Assembly (NCBI GenBank): GCA_937925685.1
Contig: CALAMI010000008.1
Span: forward strand, 142,191 to 206,190
Direction of reading: 5' to 3'
Source of the DNA: Candidatus Binatia bacterium
Lineage (GTDB): Bacteria; Desulfobacterota; Binatia; HRBIN30
Length of the DNA stretch: 64,000 nt
Shown here: piece by piece, positions 9,147 to 18,934 of the stretch
How the letters are laid out: every line of letters starts with the position of its first letter
Numbering within the stretch: position 1 is the first letter of the stretch
Notes under the pieces: generated by a model
What the model was told of the DNA's origin: nothing
Database searches by the model: none
Seen by the model: only the letters and a program-made list of their open reading frames with translations
Program-made: the position numbers and the translations under genes

Positions 9147-11185
9147 GTGTCTGACAACAAGCGTTTTCCGAGGAACGAATTGCTACCGCGGGTATTTGCT
9201 GTCTGCGTACTGTCGGTAGTGTCCGTTGTTCCGACGCTCGAGTTGCGACCGGTCCGGGCACAAGGCGTGACTTATGTGAAGCGCACCGCAGGCGGGCAAA
9301 ATAACGGAAGTAGCTGGACCGATGCGTACGTCGACTTGCAGGGGGCGTTGGCAAACACGACTTCAGGGGAAATTTGGGTTGCCGAGGGCACCTATACCCC
9401 GTCGCCACGTACTGGTGGCCGTGCGCCAGCCTTTACCCTGCCGAGCGGCGTGGCGGTTTACGGTGGGTTTGCCGGCAACGAAGACGTACGGGAGGGGCGT
9501 GATCCGACCCTTCACCCGACAATCCTCAGCGGCGACCTCAACGGTGATGATGAAGCCGGTTGGGTGAATAGATTCGACAACAGCTACCAAGTTGTGAAGG
9601 CTCTGGACACGGCTCCAGGAACAACGCTCGACGGTTTTGTCATCCGTGGTGGCCAGGCAGCAGGTGGCTTTGGACCGACTTACGGGGCTGGCATTTTTGT
9701 TGAGGACGGCAATCGCTCCCTGGCTAACTCCATCATTGCAGATAACCTCGCTTTTTTGGTAGCGGCATGACCGCAGTGAACAGCGCTTTGTCTGCCGCTC
9801 AGTGCGAATTTCGCAGCAATCGCGCCGGTCACCATTATGGAGCGGGCATTTACGGCGGCCCGAACAGCACGGCGGCCGTTTCGAGCTGTTTGTTTGCCGA
9901 AAACCGAGCTGAGGGCAGTGGCGCGACTATCGGAGGCGGGGCGATCAAACACGAGGGTGAAATGTTGACGGTAACCAACTCGGCATTCGTCAATAATGTC
10001 GGCTTGCTTACCATGGGGGGCAGCTACCCTGGAGCGACTGGTGGAGCGACCCAGAGTCTGGGCAAGTTAGTCGTTCGAGGCTCTTATTTTGGGGGCAATC
10101 AAGCCAACAACGGTGGTGCGTTGGCCGTGTATAGCGCGGCCACGATCGTGAACTCGGTGTTCAGCGGTAACCACGCACTGAGCGGCCCCACCCTGTGGAC
10201 CACCGGTTATGGGGGAGCCATTGCCATTCTGGCTTCGCAGCCTTCACAGATCAACCTTGAAGGAGTCACGATTGCGGCCAACACCGCCACTGAAGACGCG
10301 GGTGGCATCTATTTCAGCGGTTTCGGAGGGGCGGCAACGCCCCCCCTGGTGGAGAACAGCATTCTTTGGGGTAACCGCTCGAGCAACAACGAGTTGGCGC
10401 AATTCCAGGAACAGGTTCATGGTCCGGTCAATCTGTGGTACGACGATATCGACGGGCTGGCGGCTGGGATTCCCGGCGAGGAACCACCGCAGTGTCCAGG
10501 GTGTATGGATGCTGACCCCTTGTTCGTCGGTCCCTTGGGGGTGGACGGCCTTGTTGGGACACTTGACGATGATCTGCGTCTTGCCGGAGGTTCGCCCGTG
10601 ATTGACGCAGCGGACAACTCCGGTTTTGCGGGGATCACGACCGACATGGATGGCAACTCTCGTTTTGTTGACGATCCCAACACCGCTGATACTGGGCTGG
10701 GAACGCCTCCAGTTGCTGATATGGGTGCGTACGAATTTGGCAGTGCGCCGGCAGCGCCTACGCCGACGGTGACATCAGCGAGCACGCCGGTGGTGGGAAC
10801 CCCGACGCCAACTTCGACGGCCACGCCGGGGGACACAGCGATAGCTACGGCGACAAGCACGGTCGCACCGAGCGCAACACCCACGGTGTGCGTGGGCGTG
10901 CCGATGGCACCGGTGGTCGTGGATCCGCCGGATGGTACGACGTTGAATGTGCGGCGGGTGTGGCTTGATTGGACAGATGTAAGCTGCGCCATGCACTACG
11001 AGGTGGTGGTGCGGGCGCGCGCGATCGATGGCCGAAGGGTGGGCTGGCGGCGAAACCTGACCGAGTCGCAGTATCGCACCCGGGCGCTGCCGCCGAACCG
11101 AAGCTGTTTCTGGCAGGTGCGTGCGTGCAATACCAGTGGTTGTGGCGGCTGGAGTGTGTGGTCCCAGTTCAACCTTGTTCAGTAA
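9147..11185 (+). pseudogene. Secreted right-handed beta-helix / choice-of-anchor Q-type surface protein with Pro/Thr linker and FN3-like end, split by an apparent frameshift at a T6 run (ORFs 9147-9770 and 9767-11185)
   Basis: GGAGG then GTG 9147; signal-like N-terminus; GSSWTDAY..LQ.AL, EIWVAEGTY, GGA/FxxN repeats, DLRL..GSPVIDA..D..G..R..DMGAYE; one extra T at 9752-9757 fuses the ORFs (DNLAFFGSGMTAVN). Confidence 0.7.
10750..10890 (+). repeat. Pro/Thr-rich low-complexity linker
   Basis: PTPTVTSASTP...TATSTVAPSATPT; boundaries approximate. Confidence 0.7.
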
Positions 11186-11655
11186 AGAGGCCCACCGGCA
11201 TCAAGCAGAGGTCCGAGGCTCACCGGTGAAACGGCACACTGCTGAATCCACTTCTGCGAAAGCAAGCGTGGTCAAGCCGGAGTACAAATCTAGCCTTCGG
11301 TTAGGTAGGAGAACTTCACCAAGGTTGTTGCTGAGGCTTCGCGATTACAGAGTGCATCCAGCAGCGCAGGCGCTGGCATGGGTGGTGGCGCCTGCGCTGC
11401 AGTTCTCGGCGACGAAGAGAGACCTGAACGCTACTTGACGCGGGTACGCTCTCGCCTCGATCGATCCTCGTACAGAATCGCGCCGCGGCAATGTGCGCGG
11501 TTGATGTTGGTCGCCTCTTGCGGCATTTGTAGAGCAGGCTCCGCGTTTCGTAGGCGAAAAGCACCACCTCCCACGAAGTTAGGCGTATGACGGTTTGCAA
11601 CCAAGGGGAAAGCGCACGAGTAAGGCGTTGGCAGTGGTGCTTTGCCCACGAGGCA

Positions 11656-13359
11656 ATGTTCGTTGTTCCACTCGAAGTGCTGGGACCATGTGGAGTGTCC
11701 CCAGAGTTTGCAGCCCAAGTGACTGCTGCTGGGTTGATTCGGGAAAGTGTTCTGAACTGCCTGGGAAGGGCATTTGCGGCATTCTGGGAGCGCAGCATCG
11801 CCCTACACGAGGCCGACCCTGCGCACTGGTTCCCACCGAGAGCGCAGCACATTTGTTTCATCCGAAAAGGAGCTGAAGTTAGGCCGTATTTTCAACCAAT
11901 TTACAACAGCTCTTGGCTTCTTTACGAGGTCGACGTCGACCCGGACACCTCCTCGCTCGAACTAGCTACCTATCTATTCTTCCATGCCGAGCGAATGAGT
12001 TGGCGCCGGGAGGTTTTGGCCGCCTACGAGGAAACGTTACCTTATTGGCTGCTTCGCACCGAAGAGGAAATTGCCGACTTTCATCAGGGTTGTTTCCTGT
12101 CAACTCGCCCGGACGCTGCTGCCTTTCGCGCGCTCGCGGAGGCGTTGCCTTGGATCCGCAGTTTGTACCATGTCCGACTTCGGCCGCCAGCGCTCACTTT
12201 TCCCTCGGGGCTCGTGACTCTGGGGCGCAGCGGATTGCTGGCACCGCGACAGGACTTGCGGGAGTGGGAAAAGTTGAAGACCACCTGGCAGCAGAGCGCT
12301 GAGCGGGTCGTCGAGCGGCATTACGGGTTGTATGCGAAGCGCACCCGAAGGTCCGCCAATCTTCTTTGCCGGTGGTTGAGCGAGCGCAAACCCGAGGTCC
12401 TCATCGTGGGGCAAGGACTTGATGTCGTTTGGGAGCCAGCACGACCTCGGGAAACGACAAAACTCAAGCGCTCGCTGCCGGATCTGTCGCCAGAAGTCGC
12501 GGAAAGTATTCGAGCAGACTTGGAAGTAATCGATGCCCATTCACGGCGCTTTCTCCGTGCCGTGTGCGCTCCGTTGCCCCAACAGTGGCCCAATATCGAG
12601 CCTGGCGGACTGTGCTTTTTATGGCGTGAGCGTCCGATCATTGCTTACCGCTTGCAGGAGCCAGGGATGGATCGCTTGCGCCTTCCAGCTCCACCGTACG
12701 AGCGCTTGATGCTGGGCGCCCGGACGATGCACGAGTGGGGTCACTTGGCTGCTACCGCTGGCTGGGTAGGCGTGACGGCGGAGAGAACGGACGAGTGGAG
12801 ACGCACTTGCGAGCGTCTCGAGGAGCTGTGCACGCGGGTGGTACGCGATGCGCCGCCGAGTCTCCGCGCATCCTTGGGGAACGAACTGGATCGCTTGGCT
12901 AAAGAAGGATCAGTTGCCCGTGCCCTGGCCTCCATCGTGCACGCTCGGATGGAGGACTACCGCGCCAATGTGGTGGCCCGTGAGTTCTTATCCCGCCTCG
13001 AACTGGAAACGTATGTGCGCAACAATGTGACCTGCCTGCAACAGTCTATGCGGCCAACAGCAATTTTCCAACGGCTGGTGCGTTACGCATATGAGTTCCA
13101 GTATCTTGGCTTGATCGGGCTTGACGACCCGTGGCGTTACCTCTGCGCCAGCACCTGGTTCGATCGCGAGTACTGGGTTAGCGGGGCAGTGGCGCGTTCG
13201 CTCACGGAAGAACTCTTCGCGTGTGTGGCCGATTTATGTGCCATGCAGTGGATCGACCCCAGAAAACTTGCGTGTGCGCGGCACACGGATCAGTGCCCAC
13301 AAGCGACGACAGCCCACGGGCAAGCGTCCTCTCAGGCCAGGAACCCCTGTGGCTCGTAA
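11656..13359 (+). CDS. Hypothetical protein with HExxH motif (possible zinc metalloprotein)
   Basis: Long ORF (11587-13359; ATG 11656 preferred); TMHEWGH motif with downstream MEDY; start uncertain. Confidence 0.65.
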   Translation: MFVVPLEVLGPCGVSPEFAAQVTAAGLIRESVLNCLGRAFAAFWERSIALHEADPAHWFPPRAQHICFIRKGAEVRPYFQPIYNSSWLLYEVDVDPDTSSLELATYLFFHAERMSWRREVLAAYEETLPYWLLRTEEEIADFHQGCFLSTRPDAAAFRALAEALPWIRSLYHVRLRPPALTFPSGLVTLGRSGLLAPRQDLREWEKLKTTWQQSAERVVERHYGLYAKRTRRSANLLCRWLSERKPEVLIVGQGLDVVWEPARPRETTKLKRSLPDLSPEVAESIRADLEVIDAHSRRFLRAVCAPLPQQWPNIEPGGLCFLWRERPIIAYRLQEPGMDRLRLPAPPYERLMLGARTMHEWGHLAATAGWVGVTAERTDEWRRTCERLEELCTRVVRDAPPSLRASLGNELDRLAKEGSVARALASIVHARMEDYRANVVAREFLSRLELETYVRNNVTCLQQSMRPTAIFQRLVRYAYEFQYLGLIGLDDPWRYLCASTWFDREYWVSGAVARSLTEELFACVADLCAMQWIDPRKLACARHTDQCPQATTAHGQASSQARNPCGS

Positions 13360-14801
13360 GCAAACCCTCCTGCACCCAGGATTTGGTTTGCCGTGGTTGT
13401 CGATAAACCAAGCCAGCGCACCATGACCTCCCCATAAACGTGGCGAAAATCCAAGGTGTGAACCATGTTCCCGTTTCGGTCTGGAAGGTGAAGCTCCGGA
13501 TAAGCACCATACACTCCGCCGGAGACGAACGAATTCGTGGACGACTCCACTTTTCTGGGCCCAATCACAAAGACAGGGCTCGCGGTTCCGTGATCTGTGC
13601 CCGTGTCGGCGTTGTTATTGCCGTTTTCGGCGATTCGGCGTCCGAACTCCGTGAACGTCATAATTAACGTATTGTGATGGAGATTTGCTGCTTCGAGATC
13701 CCGCCAGAATGCCGTAACGGCCTTATCCACCTGATGTAAGAGTTTTCCATGGAGCTCGTCGCGGAAATTATCGGCGACTTTCTGGTGAATGGACTTCTCG
13801 CTGAGGGGAACGTGTCTTCCTTGATCGGAATGGGTGTCAAATCCACCAATACCGACGCGAAAAATCCGGCAGCCTAAAGGCTGGTTTCCAGGTTGCGCTC
13901 CAAGGAGCAGGGCATAGACGAGTCGTAAGGCATAGGCGAGCCCGTAACGTTGCGGTGTCGGTGAGGCGATCGGGTGATCGGCAGCACCATTGATAAGGGC
14001 GTTTAGATTTTCAGCCGAGGAAGAGGAAACAGAGCGGTAAGTGTTCATCCTCGATGCCACGGCGTGTCCCACCTGGGCCCACTGCCTGACGAACCCCGCA
14101 CCGCTAGCCGACAGCGACTGGTAGATCGCGCGAAACGCTTGCTCCAAGGGTTGCCGCTGGTCCGGATTGAACAGGGGATTGCTGGGAATCATCAGGTCGC
14201 TCACACTGGTAAATGCCAGAGTGGACGTTTGTCCGAAAAACAGCGGGTTCAGCGAGCGCGCAATGTCGACCGCAGGTACGGGCAGGTTTTGCCCACTGCA
14301 CAAACTGTCAAGCGTGCGTCCCATCCAACCTTCGCTAATCCCGGAGAGAAGCGGATCGGCTTTGTACCAGATCGCCTTGGATACATCGTGAGACAGGTTC
14401 CCGTTGGCGTAGTGGGCTCCGAGGATCACGGCCAGGTTTCCGCTGTCGTACAGGCTTTTGAGCCCCGTCATATGCGGGTGCAACGCCAGTTCCCCTCCAT
14501 GAAGGGGATCGTTATCGATCTGGGTTTGGCCCAGCTCAGAGACAGGGATGTTGAGCCACTGACGGGCAACGTCGTAACGCGTCCGGTTCTGCCCCGTGCC
14601 GTCTGTCAGCGGTACAACCGTGTTAATGCCATCGTTTCCACCATCGAGTTCGACAAGAATCAAGTTGGGACCCTGTTCGCACGCCTCGAGCGCACTGGCT
14701 TCCCGTGCTTTTAGCCAGATACCGGGAAGAGAAAATACCGCAGAGGCTCCTACAGTGGCTTTCAGAAACTCTCTCCGTGTGAAGCGCATGGGCGATCCCA
14801 C
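13332..14801 (-). CDS. DUF1501 family protein, Tat-exported
   Basis: FTRREFLK twin-arginine signal; L.GGNDG.NTVVP, GGFDTH, TEFGRR, GTDHG, DFRHVY motifs. Confidence 0.9.
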   Translation of the reverse strand: MGSPMRFTRREFLKATVGASAVFSLPGIWLKAREASALEACEQGPNLILVELDGGNDGINTVVPLTDGTGQNRTRYDVARQWLNIPVSELGQTQIDNDPLHGGELALHPHMTGLKSLYDSGNLAVILGAHYANGNLSHDVSKAIWYKADPLLSGISEGWMGRTLDSLCSGQNLPVPAVDIARSLNPLFFGQTSTLAFTSVSDLMIPSNPLFNPDQRQPLEQAFRAIYQSLSASGAGFVRQWAQVGHAVASRMNTYRSVSSSSAENLNALINGAADHPIASPTPQRYGLAYALRLVYALLLGAQPGNQPLGCRIFRVGIGGFDTHSDQGRHVPLSEKSIHQKVADNFRDELHGKLLHQVDKAVTAFWRDLEAANLHHNTLIMTFTEFGRRIAENGNNNADTGTDHGTASPVFVIGPRKVESSTNSFVSGGVYGAYPELHLPDRNGNMVHTLDFRHVYGEVMVRWLGLSTTTANQILGAGGFAYEPQGFLA

Positions 14802-14813
14802 CTCCTTCTCCGT

Positions 14814-16358
14814 TCAGTGCACGTGGTATTGCGGCAGCGTTAGAATCATTTGCACCAGGGGATTCAGGCGTGAGAAAATGTTGCGGTCATCACGTGGATT
14901 GAAGGGGTCTTCAGCGCCAAGCAGCGCGACCAATTGGGAGCCTGTCGCTTCGTCCACTTGTATCGGTCCGAGTAAGCGCAACAGACGGTCCACCACCTCT
15001 TGGCGAGGCATTGGGCGTGCAGGCAATAGCCGCTCCGCTTTCACCGGATCTTTCTGATTTTTCGGTGGCCATCGACGCGTACACAATCGGGCAGCAAAGA
15101 TAGCTCGTTGGAGAAGTGCGTGGGACGTGATCCAGTATTGATTGCCCTTCCAGCTAAATACGTCCGGAGGGTCCAATAACGTTTGGCCCATCTGCCCGAG
15201 GCCGCCTTTTCGTTGAAAGCCCTCGTTGCCCAGTTCCTCCAGCGTATCGTAAAAGGTATACCGTTTGGATTCTGTGCGGCGCGCCCGCAACATGCGTAAC
15301 GACCCCACGACGTACTCGACGGGGCCCTTCACCGTCCGGGTGCGGTGAGCGTAAAACTCGGCGCGCAAAAACATTGCCCGCAGCACAACCGGAATCCGGT
15401 AGCCGCTTGCAACAAAGACGTCGGCGAGGTCGTCGATCACGGGCAGGTCCTCGCGCGTAGTCCCGGTATCGACCACGGGATCGTAGGCGTAAAACTTCCA
15501 CAGTTTGCGAACGAGGAAACGCGCCGCCGTTGGCCGCCCTTCGGTGTCACGATGGTTGAAAATGGCGTCGATCAGGCGTCGATGCTCATCCACCGCTAGA
15601 GTGGGGTCGTTCGATGCCGGTTCTGTGTAGGCATTGCCAGGGTTCTGCGAAGGAGTTTCGTTCGGGTCGGGTGCGAAAAGAATTTTTTCGCCCGTGTGGT
15701 GCCGATTCATGTCGAAGTAGGCTTCGACGTCGTTCTCCAGCTCCCGAATGCGCCAACCGGTCAGCATTCGGGCTGCCTGAGTGACGTCGTTCTGGGAGTA
15801 GTTTTTGTTGCCGGCAAAGTCGAACACCCCAATCGTAAACAACTCCATGAGTTCGCGGGCGTAGTTCTCGTTGGGAGCACGGCGTGTGTTCGACTGCCCG
15901 TCGAGCCACCACAACATCGCCGGGTCAATGTTGATCGCTTTGACCAGTTCGCGAAAATCTCCGAGAGCGTAACTCCGGAAGAGTGCGTTTTGCTTGGCCA
16001 TGTAAAGCGATTTGCTCACGCGCGATTGCGCGGTGGCAAAATGCGTGTGCAGAAAGAGAACGATCTTCTCCAACGCTGGGTTCTTTGGCTCGATCATTTG
16101 TTTGAGCCACCAAGCGCGTAACGCGTCGAACGAAGCCCAGTCGCGAACCGTTAGGTTACCCGGGCCTTGCACGGTTCTTGGCACCCGCAATCGGAGCACC
16201 CAGTCAACGGCTTGTTCGGGTGTTTTGTTGGCAAGGCTTCGCACCAGCGTGGCCTCACCAGTGCTCTTGCGTACAGCTCCGTTGTGGCCAAAGCCGGAAC
16301 GCAAAAGTAGGTGAGCGGCGGTTTCGTAGTTCCATTGATCTGGCGTGATGTTGGGCAT
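14814..16358 (-). CDS. DUF1800 family protein
   Basis: AAHLL.R.GFG, EK..LF.H.HFAT, DPAML.WLD, NENYARELMELFT.G, GQ.L..PP.V..W. Confidence 0.9.
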   Translation of the reverse strand: MPNITPDQWNYETAAHLLLRSGFGHNGAVRKSTGEATLVRSLANKTPEQAVDWVLRLRVPRTVQGPGNLTVRDWASFDALRAWWLKQMIEPKNPALEKIVLFLHTHFATAQSRVSKSLYMAKQNALFRSYALGDFRELVKAINIDPAMLWWLDGQSNTRRAPNENYARELMELFTIGVFDFAGNKNYSQNDVTQAARMLTGWRIRELENDVEAYFDMNRHHTGEKILFAPDPNETPSQNPGNAYTEPASNDPTLAVDEHRRLIDAIFNHRDTEGRPTAARFLVRKLWKFYAYDPVVDTGTTREDLPVIDDLADVFVASGYRIPVVLRAMFLRAEFYAHRTRTVKGPVEYVVGSLRMLRARRTESKRYTFYDTLEELGNEGFQRKGGLGQMGQTLLDPPDVFSWKGNQYWITSHALLQRAIFAARLCTRRWPPKNQKDPVKAERLLPARPMPRQEVVDRLLRLLGPIQVDEATGSQLVALLGAEDPFNPRDDRNIFSRLNPLVQMILTLPQYHVH

Positions 16359-16380
16359 CGCGAAGCCTCCTACCGCGAAG

Positions 16381-17469
16381 TTACTGGCACGAGTAAGAGC
16401 TGGCGATGAACCCTGTGGCCGGGGCTCCGGCCAGGATCCAGTCTTTCAGCAGCCGGATCTCGCCTCCGGTCAAGCGTGGCCGGGCGCGGTCGGCAGACGG
16501 GTTGTGAAAGGGCATGCGCAACCCGTAGGCACCGGGACCAAACATAGGGCTGTTCAAGCGGGAGCCGCCTAAAACCTTGAGGTACAACAGGCTGCCATCC
16601 GGGTCGCCCGGTTTAACGCGCAGGAGCCCGTCCGTTGCAGCCGCAAAGTTATGAGGCGTGACGTTCACTAAATCGCTATGGGCAGATCGGCTTCCCCCGC
16701 AGGAAGGCTTCAAGCAAAGGTCGTGTGAAGGCTCGATGGAACCATGACAACCAGCCAGGTTCGAACATTTGCGGTCGAAGATATGTTGTTGGATTTGTTC
16801 GAACGTACTGGCGACGTTGCTGCAGGGGCTGATCGCCTGGTTCGTCATCGGATCGATAGGTGGCAGGCACACAAGCCTGAAGGCATCTGTGTCATGGGAG
16901 ACGCCTACCGGACATCTCCCCCCGCTGAGGAGCGGCACCGTGCAAATTGTAGTCTGAAGCCTGAGTGTAAAAGGACGGAACTTGGGACCGGCACCGGTTT
17001 GTGTGACGGGTAAAACGACGCGCACGGTTTGCCATCCGGACCAACGGTCGACATCCGCACTCGTCAACGGAAGTTCGCCATCGGCAAAAAGCTGAAGCGG
17101 TTCGAAGTCCGGCACATGTTTCGGATGATCGTCGAAGCTCGGGCCGGTGTAGGGGATGGCGAAACTACCAGCAGGGAAATTCGACGGGCTACAGCCGGGG
17201 AAAGTCGTAGAGTTCAGCCCAATTTGAACTTGGAAGCCACACTGGCCCAGCGTGTTGTCGGCATCGCCGCAGGTGGCGTCCTGGTCCCGGCAACGAACGA
17301 ATTTCGGACTCGATGCAGGGGTATTCGGCGCTGGGTTCGACTGGAAAGCCACCCAACAGTCGGTCGCGGTGGGACCTCCACCTCCTACCTGAGCGCGTGC
17401 TGGCAGAGCGACCGCTAGCACGATCATGAACCACACGCTTCGTTTGTGAACAAAGGCGGTCGGTGTCAC
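16381..17469 (-). CDS. Secreted Cys-rich protein with C-terminal planctomycete-type cytochrome c-like domain
   Basis: Signal peptide; FEQIQQHIF..KCSNLAGCH, RVKPGDPDGSLLY.K, RMP, I..LKDWILAGA. Confidence 0.7.
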   Translation of the reverse strand: MTPTAFVHKRSVWFMIVLAVALPARAQVGGGGPTATDCWVAFQSNPAPNTPASSPKFVRCRDQDATCGDADNTLGQCGFQVQIGLNSTTFPGCSPSNFPAGSFAIPYTGPSFDDHPKHVPDFEPLQLFADGELPLTSADVDRWSGWQTVRVVLPVTQTGAGPKFRPFTLRLQTTICTVPLLSGGRCPVGVSHDTDAFRLVCLPPIDPMTNQAISPCSNVASTFEQIQQHIFDRKCSNLAGCHGSIEPSHDLCLKPSCGGSRSAHSDLVNVTPHNFAAATDGLLRVKPGDPDGSLLYLKVLGGSRLNSPMFGPGAYGLRMPFHNPSADRARPRLTGGEIRLLKDWILAGAPATGFIASSYSCQ

Positions 17470-18914
17470 GGCAGGAAGAGGGGCTGACCGTTCACGGGTT
17501 GAACGAAGTCAAACTGTGGGGAGGTCCAGTACTCGTTGGGATCTCCGCTGTCCGGTTGTAGAAGGCTAGACAAGATCTCGCTCTCGGGAATTGCAAGCCA
17601 ATGCTTTAGCACGGCACCGTAAACATCACGAAAATCGGTAGAGCGATGGGGGTCGGCGTTGTTTTGGGAGTACTTGGTGTTCCCATCGTCCCATGTCGCA
17701 CCCGGATTGAGCACTCGGCTATCAGAAATGTTGGGATGGTTTCCGTACACGCCGCCGTTGATTTTCCCCCCGATCAGAAACATGGGTCCTTGCGAGCCAT
17801 GGTCCGTGCCATTGTCATTTTGCTGCGGGCGCCGGGAAAACTCGCTCCAGATCATCACGAGTACCTTGTCCGCAATGCCCATGTCTGCGAGGTCGTGGTA
17901 AAAGAGCTCGACGGCATCCCCCACTTCCCGGTGCAACTCGTAGTGAGTCTGGTCGGCACCGACTGTCCCTTGGTTGGCGTGAGTGTCGTAACCGCCATTG
18001 GACAACGCAAAGTGTCGTGCTGCGACGTTGGGCACACCCTGGTGGACGCCGTAGATCGCTTTTGCGACTTCGCGCAGGCGACGTGCTGTGCCACTGTCCA
18101 AATCGTTGTACTGTTGGAGCCAAGAACCACGATCAGTTTGGTATAAGCCGTCCAAGGTTGGGTACGCCTGCGTCGCTGTCAGTGTCGCTTGACCACTGTT
18201 CCCTACGAACCGTAGCAAGGGCTGGGAAGATGCTTGTGCCGACGCATATACAGCTTGAAACGCCGAGAGTTTCGCCGAGTCGTCGTCGGGGTACCAGTCG
18301 TCAAGGGGGAACTCGAGTTCCGAGAGGCGACTGGCAGTCAGAACGCTAGTGACTTGCTGCCGAAACTCCCCCGCCATCCAGTAGCCGACAGAGAGGCCCG
18401 GAATGTCCGTCGCTCCATACCGGGATGCCAGGTAGCGGCCAAGCCAACCCGGCCCCATGGCCGCCCGTGACCCTGTCTCCCAAATCGACCGAGACACGGC
18501 GTGCGATAGATTGTACTCGGGGTAACCACACCCTTGGATAATTGCCACCTTCCCGAGTTGGTACAGTCGATGAAGCCCCTCGAGGCCAGGATGCAATGCC
18601 AGGGGAGTGTTCGTCGGTGGATCGTTGGCGATGGCGTAAGGGCTAAGGATGCTCGGTGCCAGCCTGAGTCCGCCAGGGCCAGTGCGGCGGAGTAACTCGT
18701 AGCTCGCGCGGAAGTTGGCGAAGCTCCCATTTGCGAGCGGGACGACTGTATTGAGCCCGTCGTTACCACCGTCCAGGAAGATGGACACGAGGAAACGATC
18801 CCCGATGTCAGCAAATGCTTTGCGCACCAACGGGCGGCTCCACAAGCCGTGGGTCATCAGTCCCCCGGCCAGGAGTCCGGTTCGAACGAGAAAATCACGG
18901 CGAGACAATGACAT
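17466..18914 (-). CDS. DUF1501 family protein, Tat-exported (second copy)
   Basis: LSRRDFL signal; LDGGNDGLNTVVP, GGYDTHANQ, SEFSRR, GTDHG, DFRDVY. Confidence 0.9.
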   Translation of the reverse strand: MSLSRRDFLVRTGLLAGGLMTHGLWSRPLVRKAFADIGDRFLVSIFLDGGNDGLNTVVPLANGSFANFRASYELLRRTGPGGLRLAPSILSPYAIANDPPTNTPLALHPGLEGLHRLYQLGKVAIIQGCGYPEYNLSHAVSRSIWETGSRAAMGPGWLGRYLASRYGATDIPGLSVGYWMAGEFRQQVTSVLTASRLSELEFPLDDWYPDDDSAKLSAFQAVYASAQASSQPLLRFVGNSGQATLTATQAYPTLDGLYQTDRGSWLQQYNDLDSGTARRLREVAKAIYGVHQGVPNVAARHFALSNGGYDTHANQGTVGADQTHYELHREVGDAVELFYHDLADMGIADKVLVMIWSEFSRRPQQNDNGTDHGSQGPMFLIGGKINGGVYGNHPNISDSRVLNPGATWDDGNTKYSQNNADPHRSTDFRDVYGAVLKHWLAIPESEILSSLLQPDSGDPNEYWTSPQFDFVQPVNGQPLFLP

Positions 18915-18934
18915 GTATTGGCTCCTCGATGCTG

